In this document: piece after piece, positions 61,920 to 64,000 of the stretch
Numbering within the stretch: position 1 is the first letter of the stretch
How the letters are laid out: the number at the start of each line of letters is the position of its first letter
Source: an uncultured delta proteobacterium
GTDB taxonomy: Bacteria; Myxococcota; Myxococcia; Myxococcales; Anaeromyxobacteraceae
Length of the DNA: 64,000 nt
Assembly (NCBI GenBank): GCA_963845515.1
Contig: CAWJSR010000045.1
Span: 160,001 to 224,000, forward strand
Direction: 5' to 3'
Translations under genes and position numbers: made by a program
The notes under the pieces: model-generated
The model's input: only the letters and a program-made list of their open reading frames with translations
Told to the model about the DNA's origin: nothing
The model's database searches: none

Positions 61920-62183
61920 CAGACCAGAACCCCGGGAAGACTCAAACGGACGTGGAAGTGGACGCGATGGGGCTGCGCTGCCCACTCCCGCTCCTTCGGC
62001 TCAAGGCGGCCCTGGCGAAGATGAGCGCGCACCAGGTGGTCCTAGTGCGTGCGAGCGACCCTCAGTTCCGTCGAGACGTCGAGGCGTTCACCAGACACGG
62101 GCGCGCAGAGATCATCTCTTCGGGCTGGGGCCCAGGCGCTCGCGTACTGGATCCGCAAGCTCGCCGACGATCCTCGGAGGTGA
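61916..62183 (+). CDS. TusA/SirA-family sulfur carrier (probable frameshift near 62140)
   Basis: VDAMGLRCPLPLL...SDP; YWIRK ending in the shifted frame. Confidence 0.82.
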
Positions 62184-62190
62184 GCACACG

Positions 62191-62709
62191 ATGGAATTCG
62201 TGACCATAGCGTCGGGCCTCCACGATCAGGTTCTGCGGCGGTGCCGCGCATCCTATCCAAACCAGGAGAGGGGCGTGTTCGCGTCGGCGGGGAAGCAACT
62301 CTCCCCGACGTCCTTCCATTTCTTCGAGTCCAACGCTGCGAGGTTGGAGGTCGAGAGCAAGCGGCTCTTCTCCCAGTATGGCCCCTACTACCAAGACCAT
62401 AAGGGCTTCGTTGCCGATCCCGCCGAACTCATCGCGCTTGATCAGCGGCTCCGGTCCACGCGTGAGCGCATGGTGGGGCTCTTCCATGTCCACGTCGACT
62501 TCCCAGCGGTGCCGAGCCGCCTCGACGTCAACGCGTTCATGCGGACGATGCCGAGCCACGCGAACATCTGGTACGCGATCCTATCCTTCCTCGATCCGGA
62601 GAACCCGGATCTCCGCGCCTTCTGGATTCGGGAGGGGCTCGTGAACGAGGTGCGGATCGTCATCGTAAAGGAAGAGACAGGTGTTGCCCGGGAAGGAGCG
62701 CCAGCGTGA
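62191..62709 (+). CDS. JAB/MPN+ (JAMM) metalloprotease, Mec-like
   Basis: YPNQE..G and FHVHVDFPAVPSRLD (HxH-x7-S-x2-D). Confidence 0.85.
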   Translation: MEFVTIASGLHDQVLRRCRASYPNQERGVFASAGKQLSPTSFHFFESNAARLEVESKRLFSQYGPYYQDHKGFVADPAELIALDQRLRSTRERMVGLFHVHVDFPAVPSRLDVNAFMRTMPSHANIWYAILSFLDPENPDLRAFWIREGLVNEVRIVIVKEETGVAREGAPA

Positions 62710-62978
62710 TCTCGGTCGAACCCATACTCAACCTCAGGGACCTCGTCCCCGACGGCGCCGCGCTCCGCTTCGAAGCGGTGCCGACGTTTGCGGACCTCCG
62801 GGGACGCCTCCGAACCGACTGCCCGGGACTGTACGAGGGCGTCTTTAACGGCGACGGAACGCTTCGGGACAGCGTGCTGCTGTTCGTCAACCAGGTGAAC
62901 GTCGGCTCCGACGCGGACGCAATTCGGCTCTCGGATGGCGACACAATCGCGCTCGTCCCAGCCATCGTTGGCGGCTGA
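62706..62978 (+). CDS. MoaD/ThiS/CysO-like ubiquitin-fold sulfur carrier
   Basis: LFVNQ...LSDGDTIALVPAIVGG-stop. Confidence 0.88.
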   Translation: MISVEPILNLRDLVPDGAALRFEAVPTFADLRGRLRTDCPGLYEGVFNGDGTLRDSVLLFVNQVNVGSDADAIRLSDGDTIALVPAIVGG

Positions 62979-62999
62979 CGCGGCAGGAGGTGGCAACGC

Positions 63000-64000
63000 A
63001 TGTTGGACGGCCAGTTCATTCGATACGAGAAGGACGAGCTCCATGTCGAGGGCGTGAGCGTGGCTGAGATCGCCGAGCGTGTGGGCACTCCATTCTATGT
63101 GTACAGCAGCGCCTCGTTCAGGAATCAGGTCTCCCGGATCGAGCGCGAGTTCGCAGGGGTGTCGCACCTCACCTGCTTCTCGCTCAAGGTCTGCCACAAT
63201 GTGAGCGTCGTGCGCCTCTTCGTTGATCAAGGGTGCGGTCTCGACATCGTCTCGGGTGGAGAACTGTTCAGGGCGCTGCGCGCCGGTGCCGATCCGGGGC
63301 GAATAGTCTACTCGGGGGTGGGAAAGACGGAGCGCGAAGTCGCCGAGGCGCTCGACGCGGGCATCCTCTTCTTCAACGTCGAGTCCCTGCAGGAGTTGGA
63401 TAGGCTCGACGCGGTTGCAGGGCGGGTGGGACGGCGGGCGCCGGTCTCGATTCGCGTGAACCCGAACGTCGATGCGAAGACGCATCCGTACATCACCACG
63501 GGACTGCGCGACAACAAGTTCGGGATTGACGCGAAACTCGTCCCCGAGGCGTACCGGATCGCGCGGCGGCTTCGCCACCTCGAGGTCGTCGGTATCGACT
63601 TTCACATCGGCTCACAGCTTCTCGACGCGTCTCCATACGCGGACGCCGCCGCGAGGATCGCCGAGATGATCGAGGCGCTCCGCTCAGACGGGTGTCAGCT
63701 CCGCTACGCGGACGTCGGCGGTGGCCTCGGGATCCGGTATCGCGAGTCGGATTCGGAGCCGCCAATCGGCGAGTACGCGCGAGCCCTGGTTGGGGCGCTG
63801 GGCGGGTTCCGGAACCTGACGATCGTCCTCGAGCCAGGACGGTTCTTGGCCGGTCCGGCCGGGGCCCTCGTCGGTTGCGTCCAATATGTGAAGCAGAACA
63901 GCGCCGGAAAGACGTTCGTCATCGTCGACACGGGCATGCACCACCTTATCCGGCCTCCGCTCTATGGCGGCCATCACGAGAATCGTGCCGGTCCGTCGCT
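63000..64000 (+). CDS. lysA: Diaminopimelate decarboxylase-like PLP enzyme (runs off the window)
   Basis: Manual translation: GTPFYVYS, FSLKVCHN, DIVSGGEL, RVNPNVDAKTHPYITTG..KFG, HIGSQ, DVGGG, EPGR. Confidence 0.85.
   Translation, partial: MLDGQFIRYEKDELHVEGVSVAEIAERVGTPFYVYSSASFRNQVSRIEREFAGVSHLTCFSLKVCHNVSVVRLFVDQGCGLDIVSGGELFRALRAGADPGRIVYSGVGKTEREVAEALDAGILFFNVESLQELDRLDAVAGRVGRRAPVSIRVNPNVDAKTHPYITTGLRDNKFGIDAKLVPEAYRIARRLRHLEVVGIDFHIGSQLLDASPYADAAARIAEMIEALRSDGCQLRYADVGGGLGIRYRESDSEPPIGEYARALVGALGGFRNLTIVLEPGRFLAGPAGALVGCVQYVKQNSAGKTFVIVDTGMHHLIRPPLYGGHHENRAGPS

Noticed and set aside
58621..62183. Programmed frameshifting or selenocysteine recoding in the sulfur cluster
   Set aside because: The breaks are indels, not in-frame UGA codons at catalytic positions, and similar indels occur throughout the window.
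62191..62978. Bil/CBASS-type ubiquitin-like anti-phage system
   Set aside because: No E2, E1 or cyclase is visible. The neighbours (desulfurase, TusA, PLP decarboxylase) point to sulfur metabolism, although genes beyond the window are unseen.

Overview
This is a GC-rich bacterial window whose gene content and codon style suggest Myxococcota/Anaeromyxobacter-like DNA (inference). Scattered single-base frameshifts suggest an imperfectly polished long-read assembly. 1-21 kb: an ACT + Liv-type ABC + phenylacetate-CoA ligase operon, RsmB, an MFS, a two-component pair, PadR-PspC and large secreted proteins. 22-41 kb: an accessory sulfur/arsenic block. It holds ArsR-rhodanese/OsmC/DsrE, arsR-acr3-arsC facing trx-ccdA-arsP-trx, an FtsX-type ABC, NifS, and an operon of cystathionine gamma-synthase/lyase, cysK, a Ni-CODH (CooS-like) subunit and a NitT/TauT ABC importer. 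41-44 kb: a SieB-like gene and HigBA. From 43.85 kb: a tRNA-Gly(CCC) integration hotspot. Two 46-bp att cores 985 bp apart, with matching arm-like repeats, bracket a minimal hicAB-only element. A larger island follows and probably runs past the window end. It contains a ~1180-aa gene split by a 5.1-kb TG...CA transposon, an XRE/GIY-YIG pair, and a sulfur-relay cluster: SufS-like, DUF2938 x2, MFS, TusA, JAB protease, ubiquitin-like carrier and LysA-like decarboxylase, with a divergent HAD phosphatase and an atypical tRNA-Cys. The best candidates for undescribed systems are the sulfur-relay/tRNA-Cys cluster, the CODH-cysteine synthesis-ABC operon and the hicAB mini-element.
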